Source: an uncultured Acidobacteriota bacterium
GTDB lineage: Bacteria > Acidobacteriota > UBA6911 > RPQK01 > JAPXNP01
Reading direction: 5' to 3'
DNA: 64,000 nucleotides
Assembly (NCBI GenBank): GCA_963777605.1
Contig: CAVZRV010000030.1
Coordinates: forward strand, 320,001 to 384,000
Part shown: piece by piece, positions 1 through 9,443 of the stretch
How the letters are laid out: every line of letters starts with the position of its first letter
Numbering within the stretch: position 1 is the first letter of the stretch
Notes under the pieces: model-generated
What the model saw: only the letters and a program-made list of their open reading frames with translations
The model's database searches: none
Told to the model about the DNA's origin: nothing
Made by a program: the position numbers and the translations under genes

Positions 1-1
1 A

Positions 2-742
2 GGTATCGATTTGGTTGTGTTTCGGGAGAACACTGAGGATCTCTACTCCGGGGTCGAGTTCAGCCCGGTTCCTGCGGGTATTTCTCAGCGCTTGAGCGAA
101 CTCTCGAAGCCATTTGGGAAGTTCAGGAACCTCGGGCCTGATGACTACGCGATCTCGGTCAAGGTGAACACCCGGGCAAGCTCGGAACGGATCGTCCGGG
201 CGGCTTTTGAATTTGCCCGCAAGCATGGAAGGAAGCGGCTCACCGTGGTCCACAAGGCCAACGTGGTTCGGGCCAGCGACGGCCTGTTCCTGGAATCGGC
301 CGGCCGAGTCGCCGGCGATTTCCCCGAGGTATCGATGGATGACGCCAACATCGATGCCATGACGATGTGGTTGTTGAAGAACCCCTTCAATTACGACGTT
401 CTCGTGGCACCCAATCTCTACGGCGATATCATCTCGGATCTTTGTGCGCAGATGGTCGGAGGACTCGGCTTCGCGTGCTCCGGAAACATCGGTGAGCGGT
501 TGGCGGTCTTCGAACCGACTCACGGATCGGCTCCCAAGTATGCAGGGCAGTACAAGGTGAACCCGGTGGCAACGATCCTGGCGGCGAAGATGATGCTGGA
601 GTGGTTGGGTGAACTGGAAAAGGCCCAGCGGCTCGATCGGGCGGTTGCCGATGTCATCGTCGAGGGGAAGGTGCGGACCTACGATATGGGAGGATCATCG
701 ACAACTCTGGAGATGGCGGAAGCGGTTGCGCGCCGGCTCTAA
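2..742 (+). CDS. Isocitrate/isopropylmalate/homoisocitrate dehydrogenase family protein, 5' end outside the window
   Basis: Frame open from the window edge (GIDLVVFRENTEDLY); motifs VHKANV, NLYGDIISDLCA, FEPTHGSAPKYAG. Confidence 0.9.
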   Translation, partial: GIDLVVFRENTEDLYSGVEFSPVPAGISQRLSELSKPFGKFRNLGPDDYAISVKVNTRASSERIVRAAFEFARKHGRKRLTVVHKANVVRASDGLFLESAGRVAGDFPEVSMDDANIDAMTMWLLKNPFNYDVLVAPNLYGDIISDLCAQMVGGLGFACSGNIGERLAVFEPTHGSAPKYAGQYKVNPVATILAAKMMLEWLGELEKAQRLDRAVADVIVEGKVRTYDMGGSSTTLEMAEAVARRL

Positions 743-753
743 CTGCGATACAT

Positions 754-814
754 GGTGCTCGAGAGGGTTGCGGCGGCCGGGATGATTCCCGGAGCCGCAA
801 ACTGGCAGAGCACC
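754..814 (+). other. Long intergenic hairpin between the dehydrogenase and leuC-like genes
   Basis: Nested inverted repeats ggtgctc/gagcacc, ttgcggc/gccgcaa, ccggga/tcccgg. Confidence 0.55.
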
Positions 815-836
815 GAAGACAGCGGAGGATTGGCAT

Positions 837-2125
837 ATGGGCCTGACGGTAGTGGAGAAGATCCTGGCAAGGGCTGCCGGGTTGGAAAGTGCGTCGCCCG
901 GGGATGTGGTTGAGCCTCGAGTGGATCTGGCCATGTCCCACGAGAACGCCGCGCTGGTCATGAATCAGTTTCGGGAGATTTATGCCGGAACGGGTTTGGA
1001 AGAGAAGGTCTGGGCTCCCGAAAAGATCGCGATAATTCTGGATCACCGAGTCCCGGCCGAAAGCGCCAAGACGGCAACCAACCAGAAGCGGATTCGAGAA
1101 TTCGTAAGATCTCAGGGCATCGAGCGGTTTCACGACATCCGGGGCGACGAGGGGGGGATCTGTCACCAGGTTCTCCCTGAGAACGGCTATGTACTGCCCG
1201 GGCAGGTTGTGGTTGGAACCGACAGCCACACCACCAGCCACGGTGCCCTGGGCGCCTTCGCTTTTGGTATTGGTGCGACCGAAATGTCGGCCGTCTGGGC
1301 GTTGGGCTGCGTGCTTAACGTTGAGGTGCCTGCTGCGATCCGGGTCGAGGTCGATGGGGCGTTTGCCCCACGGGTGGGTGCCAAGGATCTGGTCCTCAAC
1401 CTGATCGGCCGGTTGACGGCGGAGGGGGCCAACTTCCGCGTGCTCGAGTATCACGGAAGCACCATCCGGGAGATGCCCACTTCGGGACGGCTCACGATCT
1501 GTAACATGGCAGTCGAGGCCGGGGCGACTTCGGGAATTGTCCCGGAGACGACGAGACCGAGCGCTACCTCAGAGAGGTTGCTGGGTACCAGGGGCCGATC
1601 GATCCGGTCGTCGCCGACGAAGATGCCCGTTACCAGCAGGTCGTCCAGATCGACGCCGCAAGCCTCGATCCGCAGATTGCCTGTCCCCACCGGGTGGACA
1701 ACGTGCGTCCGGTGGGCGAGGAGGCCGGCAGAAAGATTGACCAGATCGTCATAGGTTCCTGTACGAATGGGCGCCTGGACGACCTCGAGGTGGCGGCCAG
1801 CCTGCTCAGAGGCAAGCGGATCAGCCGTGACGTCCGTATGCTGGTTTTCCCTGCCACGTGGCGCATCTACCGGGAAGCAATGAAGCTGGGCTACCTCACC
1901 GACTTGATCGACGCGGGAGCCGCGGTCATGAATCCCGGCTGCGGATGTTGTCTCGGCGTCCACCAGGGTGCATTGGGTGACGGCGAAGTGGCTCTCTCCA
2001 CGACGAATCGCAACTTCAAAGGCCGCATGGGCAACGCGGCAGCCGAAGTTTACCTTTGTTCGCCGGCAACGGCAGCCGCCAGTGCGTTGAGCGGAGTGAT
2101 CACCGATCCGCGGGAGGTTCAGTGA
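837..2125 (+). CDS. leuC: 3-isopropylmalate dehydratase/homoaconitase large subunit (LeuC/HacA type), frameshift near 1543
   Basis: DHRVP, GICHQ, DSHT, IGSCTNGR, PGCGCCLG, STTNRNFKGRMG; adding one base near 1543 restores IVPGDDETERYL...IACPHRVDNV and joins ORFs 837..1754 and 1694..2125. Confidence 0.88.
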
Positions 2126-2126
2126 A

Positions 2127-2612
2127 ATGGCTCGTGTCGTTCTGAAACTCGAAGACGATGTGTCTACCGATATTATCTATCCCGGCCGTTTCATGGCGAC
2201 GGTCCTTCCCTCTGAAACGCCCCAGTACGCATTCGCCGACGATCCCGAGTTCAACCGGGCGCTGCGGGCGGGTCAGGTGCCTGAGGGAAGCGTAATCGTG
2301 GCCGGATCCAATTTCGGCAGTGGGTCCTCGCGGGAGCAGGCGGCTTCAACGCTCAAAGGTTACGAGCTGATTATCGTGGCGCGGAGTTTTGCCCGGATCT
2401 TCCTCCAGAATGCGGTCAACCTGGGCTTGCAGACGGTTGCGTGTGGGGATATTGAGGCAGATCTGGATGACGATCTGGAGATTGCGGGAGGCCGGGTGGT
2501 CAATCACACTACCGGAAGGAGTTTCCCCATCCAGGAGATGTCCGAAACGAGGCGCGCGATTGTCGCTGCCGGCGGCCTGATCCCATACGTCCGGCAACGC
2601 TTGGTGGGGTAG
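2127..2612 (+). CDS. leuD: 3-isopropylmalate dehydratase/homoaconitase small subunit (LeuD/HacB type)
   Basis: VSTDIIYPGR, NFGSGSSREQA, SFARIFLQNAVNLG, AGGLIPY; starts 1 nt after the large subunit stop. Confidence 0.88.
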   Translation: MARVVLKLEDDVSTDIIYPGRFMATVLPSETPQYAFADDPEFNRALRAGQVPEGSVIVAGSNFGSGSSREQAASTLKGYELIIVARSFARIFLQNAVNLGLQTVACGDIEADLDDDLEIAGGRVVNHTTGRSFPIQEMSETRRAIVAAGGLIPYVRQRLVG

Positions 2613-2764
2613 GATAACCGTCCCCGAGGGTGTCTCGTGGGAAATACGACCTATAGGACGTATGGGACTTGATCTTGTGAATCCTGCGTCCCATTGGGGC
2701 GATGTCCTCCGATAGGGTCCCATCCTGGATTCCCGCGGTGACAACCAAGGATAGTCATCCTACT

Positions 2765-3694
2765 CTAGAGTTGCACTCCCGACTCTTGGGCGATGCGGCG
2801 AATGTGGTCGGCTGCTTCCCGGAATTCGTCCGGGCCCGAGAGATGTTCGATCATCAGGGGCACATCGGATTGGAGGCGCGCAATTTCCCTGAGGTAGGTT
2901 GAATAGTCCAGTTCGCCGCGGCCCGGGATGACTTCCTGGAAGTGGACCTGGGAGCCCTTGACCCATGCCACGTCTTTTGCGTGACAAGAGACGATCCAGG
3001 GGCCCAGTTTCTGGAAGCAGTCCCGGATCAGGCTGGAGGAATCGTAGATCTTCTCCGGGCTGTTGATCATGTTGCAGACATCGACATGGACTCCGAATGA
3101 CTTGCGGTCGACTGCCCGAATCAACTCCAGGTACTGTTCCGGTGTGCTCGGCAAGGTCCACCCCATCATCTCGATCGTGAACCGGGTCCGGGTTGGTCGG
3201 ACGGCATCGATGACCTGGCGGACGGTGCTGACAGTGTCGTCGAAGAACCGTCGGCTGAAGTTGTCGGGGTGGGGGCCGTCCCACGCCTCGGGATTGTAGC
3301 TGCCGGCGATGTCAACGCAGCAGCGGGCGCCCAGTTCGTCGGCCATGGCCAGTCGCCTGGTCACGAATTCGACGTTCTTCTTCCGTTTTTCACGGTTGAG
3401 ATCGAGCAGGTTCACCCAGGCTCCGACCTCGGCGATGACCACGTCCTGGCGGGCGAATTCCGCGGCGCAGGCGCGAATACGCTCGCGGTCTCCGGCTTCC
3501 ATTTCCGGAGCATAGGCGGCCCGATAGCCCAGTTCCCGGTGACGGGCGGCCAGCGCACCGGGATCGTCGTTTTGCAGGAAGACCGGCCCCCCGAGGCGCA
3601 GTGCAGGAGAGGAGGCCGCCGATGTTCGGGAAAGCCTCGACAAGGCCAATCCCGCAGAAGCGCCCACCATGAATTTCCGTCTTGTCAGAGCCAT
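2765..3694 (-). CDS. Tat-exported sugar phosphate isomerase/epimerase (xylose isomerase-like TIM barrel)
   Basis: ATG at 3694 after AGGAGG; MALTRRKFMVG twin-arginine signal; IEMM, HVD, CHAKD, PGRGELDY, IEH metal-site pattern. Confidence 0.8.
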   Translation of the reverse strand: MALTRRKFMVGASAGLALSRLSRTSAASSPALRLGGPVFLQNDDPGALAARHRELGYRAAYAPEMEAGDRERIRACAAEFARQDVVIAEVGAWVNLLDLNREKRKKNVEFVTRRLAMADELGARCCVDIAGSYNPEAWDGPHPDNFSRRFFDDTVSTVRQVIDAVRPTRTRFTIEMMGWTLPSTPEQYLELIRAVDRKSFGVHVDVCNMINSPEKIYDSSSLIRDCFQKLGPWIVSCHAKDVAWVKGSQVHFQEVIPGRGELDYSTYLREIARLQSDVPLMIEHLSGPDEFREAADHIRRIAQESGVQL

Positions 3695-3729
3695 TGCGTT
3701 AGCCTCCTGGTTGTTTCCGCCCGGCAAAA

Positions 3730-4923
3730 TCAAATCACTCCGTCGCGGCGCAGGCTGGTGATCTCCTCTGGAGAATACCCCAACTCCTGGAGAATTTCCT
3801 CGGTGTGTTGAGAAAGCTTCGGTGGTGCCGTCCGCAGTTCTCCCGGTGACTTCTCGAAATGAGCCGTCAGGTTGAACAGCCGCAACTCCCCGATCTCCGG
3901 TTCCTGAACTGAACCAAGCGTCTGGCGATGCCGAACCTGGGCCGCTTCCAGGGCGTCCTGCATGGAGAGAATTTCTCCCGAAGGCACTCCTCTCCGGTTG
4001 AGTTCCTCGACCCATTGAGTAGTCGGCTTCGTCCTCAGTTTCTCCTCCAGCAGGGGAGTGAGCGCTTTACGGTTGAGCTTGCGGTTGTCCCGTTCCGCAA
4101 ATCTGGGATCGGTCTTCAGCTCAGGAACTTCCAGCACCTCTGCCACCGCTTCCCACTGCTCCTGTTTGTTGGCCGCGATATTGATGAAGCCGTCGGCGGT
4201 CGCGAAGGTTCCCGAAGGTGCGGCCGTGAAGTTGTCGTTGCCCATCAGGACGGGCGGCTTGCCGCCGATCAGCCAGTTGGCTGCAACCCAGCCCAAGAGC
4301 GGCATGATCGAGTCGAGCAGGGCGATATCGATGAACTGCCCCTCTCCGGTCCGTTCCCGATGGAAGAGCGCCGCCATGACGGCAAACGCTGCGTTCAGAC
4401 CGCCCACCGTGTCGCAGACTGGAAAACCGCAGCGAAGAGGATTGAACGCCTCATCCCCGTTGATGGCCATAACCCCGCTCAAGCCTTGGATGATCTGGTC
4501 GTAGGCCGGCTTCAGGGCGTCCGGGCCGGTCTGTCCGAAGCCTGAAATCGCGCAGTAGATCAAACGTGGGTTGAGTTCCCGCAGCAGATCGTAGCCGAGA
4601 CCGAGCCGGTCCATGACACCGGGCCTGAAATTCTCGACTACAACGTCGGCCCTGCGAACCAGTTTAAGGAAGATTCCCTTTGCCTTCTCTTCTTTCAGGT
4701 TGAGCGTCAACGACTTCTTGTTGGCGTTCTGAGCGAGGAAGCTGGTCCCCATCTGCTTCTGATTGAACGCGGGAACGTTTCCCAGTTTCCGGGCCAGATC
4801 ACCTCCTGTCGGGTTCTCGACTTTGATCACGTCCGCACCCAAAAGCGCCAGGTGAAGGGTGGCAAATGGACCGGAGAGTACGTTGGTCAGGTCCAGGATT
4901 CGAACGCCGGATAGGATGTCCAT
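3730..4923 (-). CDS. Class III CoA-transferase (CaiB/BaiF family)
   Basis: LSGVRILDLT, GPFAT, GADVIKVE, NANKKSLTLNLK, ENFRPG, SGFGQTGP, AYD; start may be 4944. Confidence 0.93.
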   Translation of the reverse strand: MDILSGVRILDLTNVLSGPFATLHLALLGADVIKVENPTGGDLARKLGNVPAFNQKQMGTSFLAQNANKKSLTLNLKEEKAKGIFLKLVRRADVVVENFRPGVMDRLGLGYDLLRELNPRLIYCAISGFGQTGPDALKPAYDQIIQGLSGVMAINGDEAFNPLRCGFPVCDTVGGLNAAFAVMAALFHRERTGEGQFIDIALLDSIMPLLGWVAANWLIGGKPPVLMGNDNFTAAPSGTFATADGFINIAANKQEQWEAVAEVLEVPELKTDPRFAERDNRKLNRKALTPLLEEKLRTKPTTQWVEELNRRGVPSGEILSMQDALEAAQVRHRQTLGSVQEPEIGELRLFNLTAHFEKSPGELRTAPPKLSQHTEEILQELGYSPEEITSLRRDGVI

Positions 4924-5001
4924 AATGTGCTCCCTGGTTGACATCGCCCACCAGCGTGGTCGTGGGCAGCTGGTGTCAACGCCCGGTTCATTGCTGTGGT
5001 A

Positions 5002-5934
5002 TCACTCCGTTGGACTCGCTGCCGCTGATGCAGTGATGGGGCCGGCCCGGTAGACGGAGCCGGGCAAGTCCCGGCCGATTCGGGTGGCCAGGGCCCGGGC
5101 CGTCTCGACGAGTTGTTCCAGCCGGATATCCTGTCGAAGCCCCATGCGTTGCAGCATGTGGACCAGATCTTCGGTGGAGGCGTTGCCTCCCGCGACGGCC
5201 GTGAACGGGCAACCCCCGAGTCCGGCGACTGAAGTCTCCAGGCTTCCCACCCCCTCCTCGAGGGCGGCATAGCAGTTGGCGAGGGCCAGTCCGAAAGTGT
5301 TGTGAAAGTGACAGGTGAGGTGAATCGAGGAACTGCAGTCCTTCACTTTCTGGATCAGCCGCCTGACGCTGAGGGGGTCGGCGTGACCCGCCGTGTCGGC
5401 AAGGCTGATCTCATCCAGTCCGGCTTCCAGGTAGCGCCTGACGATCCGAAGCACCTGTTCGTGGGTGATTTCACCTTCGTAGCCGCATCCGAACGCCGAT
5501 TGAACCGAAACCTGAACCGGAAGGCCTGCGCGAAGGGCCGAATGGGCCATGGGGATTATCCGTCCGAGAGCCTCATCCACGGACATCCGCGTGTTCTTCC
5601 GGCTGTGGGTTTCGCTGGCGGACACCCCCATACAGAACATCTCGACTCCGCAGGCCAGGCCGCGCTCCAACCCTTTCTCGTTCAGCACGAGTCCCGACAA
5701 GATCGGTGCCGTCCCTCTCCGACGTGCCCGTGCCTCTCTGAAAAGCAGGTCGGTGTCTGCCATCTGAGGGACGAGTTTGGGGTGAACGAAGGATCCGAGT
5801 TGGAGAATGTCCAACCCGCTCCCGAGAAGACCCTGGATCCAGTCCAGCTTGACCTCCGTCGGATAGGTCTCCGGCTCCATTTGAAGACCATCCCGCAACC
5901 CAACCTCGTGCACTGTGACCCGATTCTGTAACAT
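5002..5934 (-). CDS. HMG-CoA lyase-like DRE-TIM metallolyase
   Basis: EVGLRDGLQ, SFVHPKLVPQMAD, LADTAG, HFHNT, GLGGCPF, GNASTED; ATG 5934 with GAGGTG RBS. Confidence 0.9.
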   Translation of the reverse strand: MLQNRVTVHEVGLRDGLQMEPETYPTEVKLDWIQGLLGSGLDILQLGSFVHPKLVPQMADTDLLFREARARRRGTAPILSGLVLNEKGLERGLACGVEMFCMGVSASETHSRKNTRMSVDEALGRIIPMAHSALRAGLPVQVSVQSAFGCGYEGEITHEQVLRIVRRYLEAGLDEISLADTAGHADPLSVRRLIQKVKDCSSSIHLTCHFHNTFGLALANCYAALEEGVGSLETSVAGLGGCPFTAVAGGNASTEDLVHMLQRMGLRQDIRLEQLVETARALATRIGRDLPGSVYRAGPITASAAASPTE

Positions 5935-6133
5935 GCACCCCACCTCGTTCTCCGGACAGGATTGACCGGTTCTCGTTCGCGATATCAGCGAGCAAATTCC
6001 GGGCCAGCGTGAACGCGGCCGGCCCTCCCGAAATCCCAACGATCGGTTCTGGTTCGCTCACGGAGACTCAACGGCTAAGATGCCAAGATTCTGGGACGCT
6101 TTCTGGAATTGCCCTGATCGAAGTATGCGGTGA

Positions 6134-6189
6134 ACTTAGGGGTAAATGACGCAGCGTTGTGGGATTTCACTTAGTGTTAAATGACCCAG
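6134..6189. promoter_or_regulatory. Pair of 21-bp direct repeats in a divergent promoter region (candidate operator)
   Basis: acttaggggtaaatgacgcag (6134) and acttagtgttaaatgacccag (6169), 18/21 identical, 35-bp period. Confidence 0.5.
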
Positions 6190-6310
6190 GGGACTCGTCC
6201 GCGTCGTTTCTGTATTCTGTTGTTGCTGATGTTCTGAAATTCCGAAGAAAAATCAGGCAGCGAAGCATGGTTCTAAGAAGTGTTCTCGGGGGCGAAGGAG
6301 GGGACGTCTG

Positions 6311-7061
6311 ATGTCAGAGAAGGGGAGAGTCAAGGTCGGGATCATCGGATCAGGATTCGAAGCGGACATTCATGCGGCCTCGTTTCAGATCATGGCGGAC
6401 GAAGCAGAAGTTGTCGCGGTGGCTTCTCCAACTCCCGGCAATGCGGCCAGGTTGGCCGGTCGCTACGGTATTCCCCGTGTCTTTGCCAGACTACCGGGAG
6501 ATGTTGCAGGAGCCGGACATCGAACTCGTCACGATCACCGCGCCGAACACGCTCCACGCCCAAATGACAATCGACATTGCCTCCGCCGGCAAGCACGTAG
6601 TCTGCGAGAAGCCCTTCTGCATCCTCGAGTTCGAGGGGGGCGCCATCGGGATTGCGGAGGACAGTTGGGCCCATCGAGGTGGAATGGACGACTGCATCGA
6701 AGGGCACGGGGAGGGCGGCGTGACCTACGCTGACCTGCACATGGGAAATGCCCTCCCAACCTATAGCGAATACGGATACGGCTATGCCGTTGAAAAGGCG
6801 CCCACTACCCGGGGATGGACCTACCCGGTCTTCGAGGAACTTTGGAACTACGGGTTTCCCCAGGAGATGCACCACTTTGCACGATGCGTTCGGGGCAAAG
6901 ATGAACCCCAGGTCACTGGGGAGGACGGCCGGCTGGTTCAGGAAGTTCTCTTGGCGGGCTATCAGTCGGCGGGCCTTGGGCAGAAAGTCAGCCTGCCGTT
7001 TCGCCCCCGGGGTGTGAAACGTCCGATTGATCTCTGGTTGAATTCAAAACAGGCCGGCTGA
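6311..7061 (+). pseudogene. Gfo/Idh/MocA oxidoreductase with frameshift near 6485 and a large internal deletion
   Basis: VGIIGSGF Rossmann start, then HVVCEKPF fused directly to C-terminal CILEFEGG...SW; the central part of the family fold is missing. Confidence 0.75.
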
Positions 7062-7249
7062 ATTCTGGATTTCGGGGCTTCAGAGCCGGCCGGGGAGGAA
7101 AAGGGGGCGGGCTATGGGACGGGTGAGACTCATCGGACACGGGATCAACAGGACATCGGACACCTCCCCAAAGGCAAACCGTCCAACCCTGGAACCCCAT
7201 GATGCCGGGCGCTCCTGATGGCCCGGCATCATGGTTGAAAGGATAGCGC

Positions 7250-9163
7250 TTACGCCGCCGGTTCCTCATCTGAAAGCCCGCGAATGGACAAATGCCGCCA
7301 GATGATCACCGCCGAAATGACCCCAAGCAGGAGGAGCCCAAGGCCGGTGAGGTAGTCTCCGAACAGTATGTCGCCGAAGCCGAAAAGCACCGAGTAGACC
7401 ATCACGATACCCAGGAACCAGTCCAGGAAGAGCCGTCCGAAACCGGTGTCTCCCTTGACCTCCGGGACCTTGGCGGCAATCGCCTTCCAGCCGATCCCGC
7501 CGGGATGAACCCGCTTGTAAAAATCGATCAACTTGTGATCCGGCACGGGTCGGGTCAGGAAGGTAACGACCAACCAGACCACGGTGGTTCCCAGGACGGT
7601 CGGGTAGAGGGTAATCGGCGGTTCGATTCCAAAATGGTAACGCGCAATCGGGTAGATGATCAGTGGTGCGATCATCGCGGAAATCTCCGACCATGCGTTG
7701 ATCCTCCACCAGAACCAGCGAAGGATGAGAACGGCTCCCATACCCGCGCTGGCATTGATGACGAATTCCCATGCGCCGGAAACCTGGGTTAGGAAGTAAC
7801 GCGAGACGACCAGAGAAAACACCGTCATCAGGAGAATTCCGACCCGAGAGATCAGGACATAGTGCTTCTCTGATGCGGTAGGCTTTATAAATCGCCTGTA
7901 GAAATCATTAATCAGGTATGACGTTCCCCAGTTCAGCTGCGACGCCAGCGTCGACATGTAGGCCGCCAGGAACACGGCGATCAAGAGTCCAAGGAGCCCC
8001 GCTGGAAGGTTTCGGATCATGAGCTTGGGATACATGACTCCCGGATCGACGGTGTTCTCGTAGGTCTCATACATCAGCCCGAATTCAGGTGATTTATAGA
8101 GCGGCTCTTCACTGGTCAGCAGGACCGGGTTGTTGTGTGCCAGGACGACCTGGTCGTAGAGTTGCGGGTTCTGTGCCCGAAGCATCTCCGGGTCTTCAAC
8201 TCTTGGCAGAACGACCAGGGCGACCAGCGCCACCAAAATCCAGGGCCAGGGGCGCAATGTGTAGTGTGCGACGGTGAACCACAGGGTTGCGAACAGACTG
8301 TGGTTCTCGTTCTTCGCCGACATCATCCGCTGGGCCACGTAGCCACCGCCGCCCGGATCGGCCCCGGGATACCAGGCCGACCACCACTGAACGCCGACAT
8401 AGGCCAGAAAGGCACCGGTCGTGATCGCCATTGCGCCCCCCGTGACACCGGAGAGGGAGGCGTCTCCAATCCGGGGCAGAAAGTCCAATACCTGGGGTGA
8501 CAGTTTCGATTTGAGCGCCATCAGGCCTCCGACTTCCGGAAGATTGACAACGATATAGGCCAGAATGATGCACCCGCCCATGGCGAACACAAACTGGAAG
8601 CTGTCGGTCCGGGCTGTTCCCACCAGTCCCGATGCCGAGGCGTAGATTGCGAGAATGCTCGCCGTAATGACGACCAGGAGAAAGGGATCGATCTCGGGGA
8701 TAGTGACCTTGAAGATCTTCTCCATGGCCTTGTTGACCCAGCCCAAAACGATCGCATTCATGAACAAGCCGAGGTAGACGGCGCGAAAGCCCCTCAGTAC
8801 CGCTGCAGCCTTGCCATGGTAGCGGAGTTCAACGTACTCAACATCCGTCATGATCCCGGCCCGGCGCCAGAGGCGGGCGAAGAAGAATACCGTCAGCATT
8901 CCGCCGATGGCCAGGTTCCACCAGAGCCAGTTTCCCGCGATCCCGTTCTTGGCCACGAGTTCGGTCACCGCCAGAGGCGTGTCGGCCGCGAAGGTCGTCG
9001 CCACCATTGCGGTTCCGGCGATGTACCAGGGCATGTCACGGCCAGAGAGGAAGTACTGATCGGTGTCTTTACCCGCTTTGCGTGAGTAATAAGCCGCGAT
9101 ACCAAAAATGATCAAAAAGAAAGCCAGGACTACGGCTATATCCAGGAACTCGAGATTCTGCAT
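7250..9163 (-). CDS. Na+/solute symporter (SSS family)
   Basis: YFLSGRDMPW, ATTFAADTP, YVAQRMMSAKNE, GLLGLLIAVFLAAYMST; many hydrophobic helices. Confidence 0.92.
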   Translation of the reverse strand: MQNLEFLDIAVVLAFFLIIFGIAAYYSRKAGKDTDQYFLSGRDMPWYIAGTAMVATTFAADTPLAVTELVAKNGIAGNWLWWNLAIGGMLTVFFFARLWRRAGIMTDVEYVELRYHGKAAAVLRGFRAVYLGLFMNAIVLGWVNKAMEKIFKVTIPEIDPFLLVVITASILAIYASASGLVGTARTDSFQFVFAMGGCIILAYIVVNLPEVGGLMALKSKLSPQVLDFLPRIGDASLSGVTGGAMAITTGAFLAYVGVQWWSAWYPGADPGGGGYVAQRMMSAKNENHSLFATLWFTVAHYTLRPWPWILVALVALVVLPRVEDPEMLRAQNPQLYDQVVLAHNNPVLLTSEEPLYKSPEFGLMYETYENTVDPGVMYPKLMIRNLPAGLLGLLIAVFLAAYMSTLASQLNWGTSYLINDFYRRFIKPTASEKHYVLISRVGILLMTVFSLVVSRYFLTQVSGAWEFVINASAGMGAVLILRWFWWRINAWSEISAMIAPLIIYPIARYHFGIEPPITLYPTVLGTTVVWLVVTFLTRPVPDHKLIDFYKRVHPGGIGWKAIAAKVPEVKGDTGFGRLFLDWFLGIVMVYSVLFGFGDILFGDYLTGLGLLLLGVISAVIIWRHLSIRGLSDEEPAA

Positions 9164-9443
9164 TCATTCACCCCCGCTCATCTTTTCAGAAAGTTGGTCG
9201 TTCTCTCCCATTTTGTATCCGGGATAGTAACACTTGGCCGAGACCATTTGTAGATGGAGTCTCGAATCGAGAGTAGAACCGAGTTGGCGCGGACCTCTCT
9301 TCCCCAGGCGGCCGTTTTTCGGGCAGATTCAGCCGGCCTGAGTCGCGTGTAAAGACGGGGCTATTCCCGGCAGTGGCTGCCCAGCAGTGGCTGCGTGGAC
9401 AACCATGTTGCGTGGTGCTATAGAGAAAGAAGGAGATCAAAAC

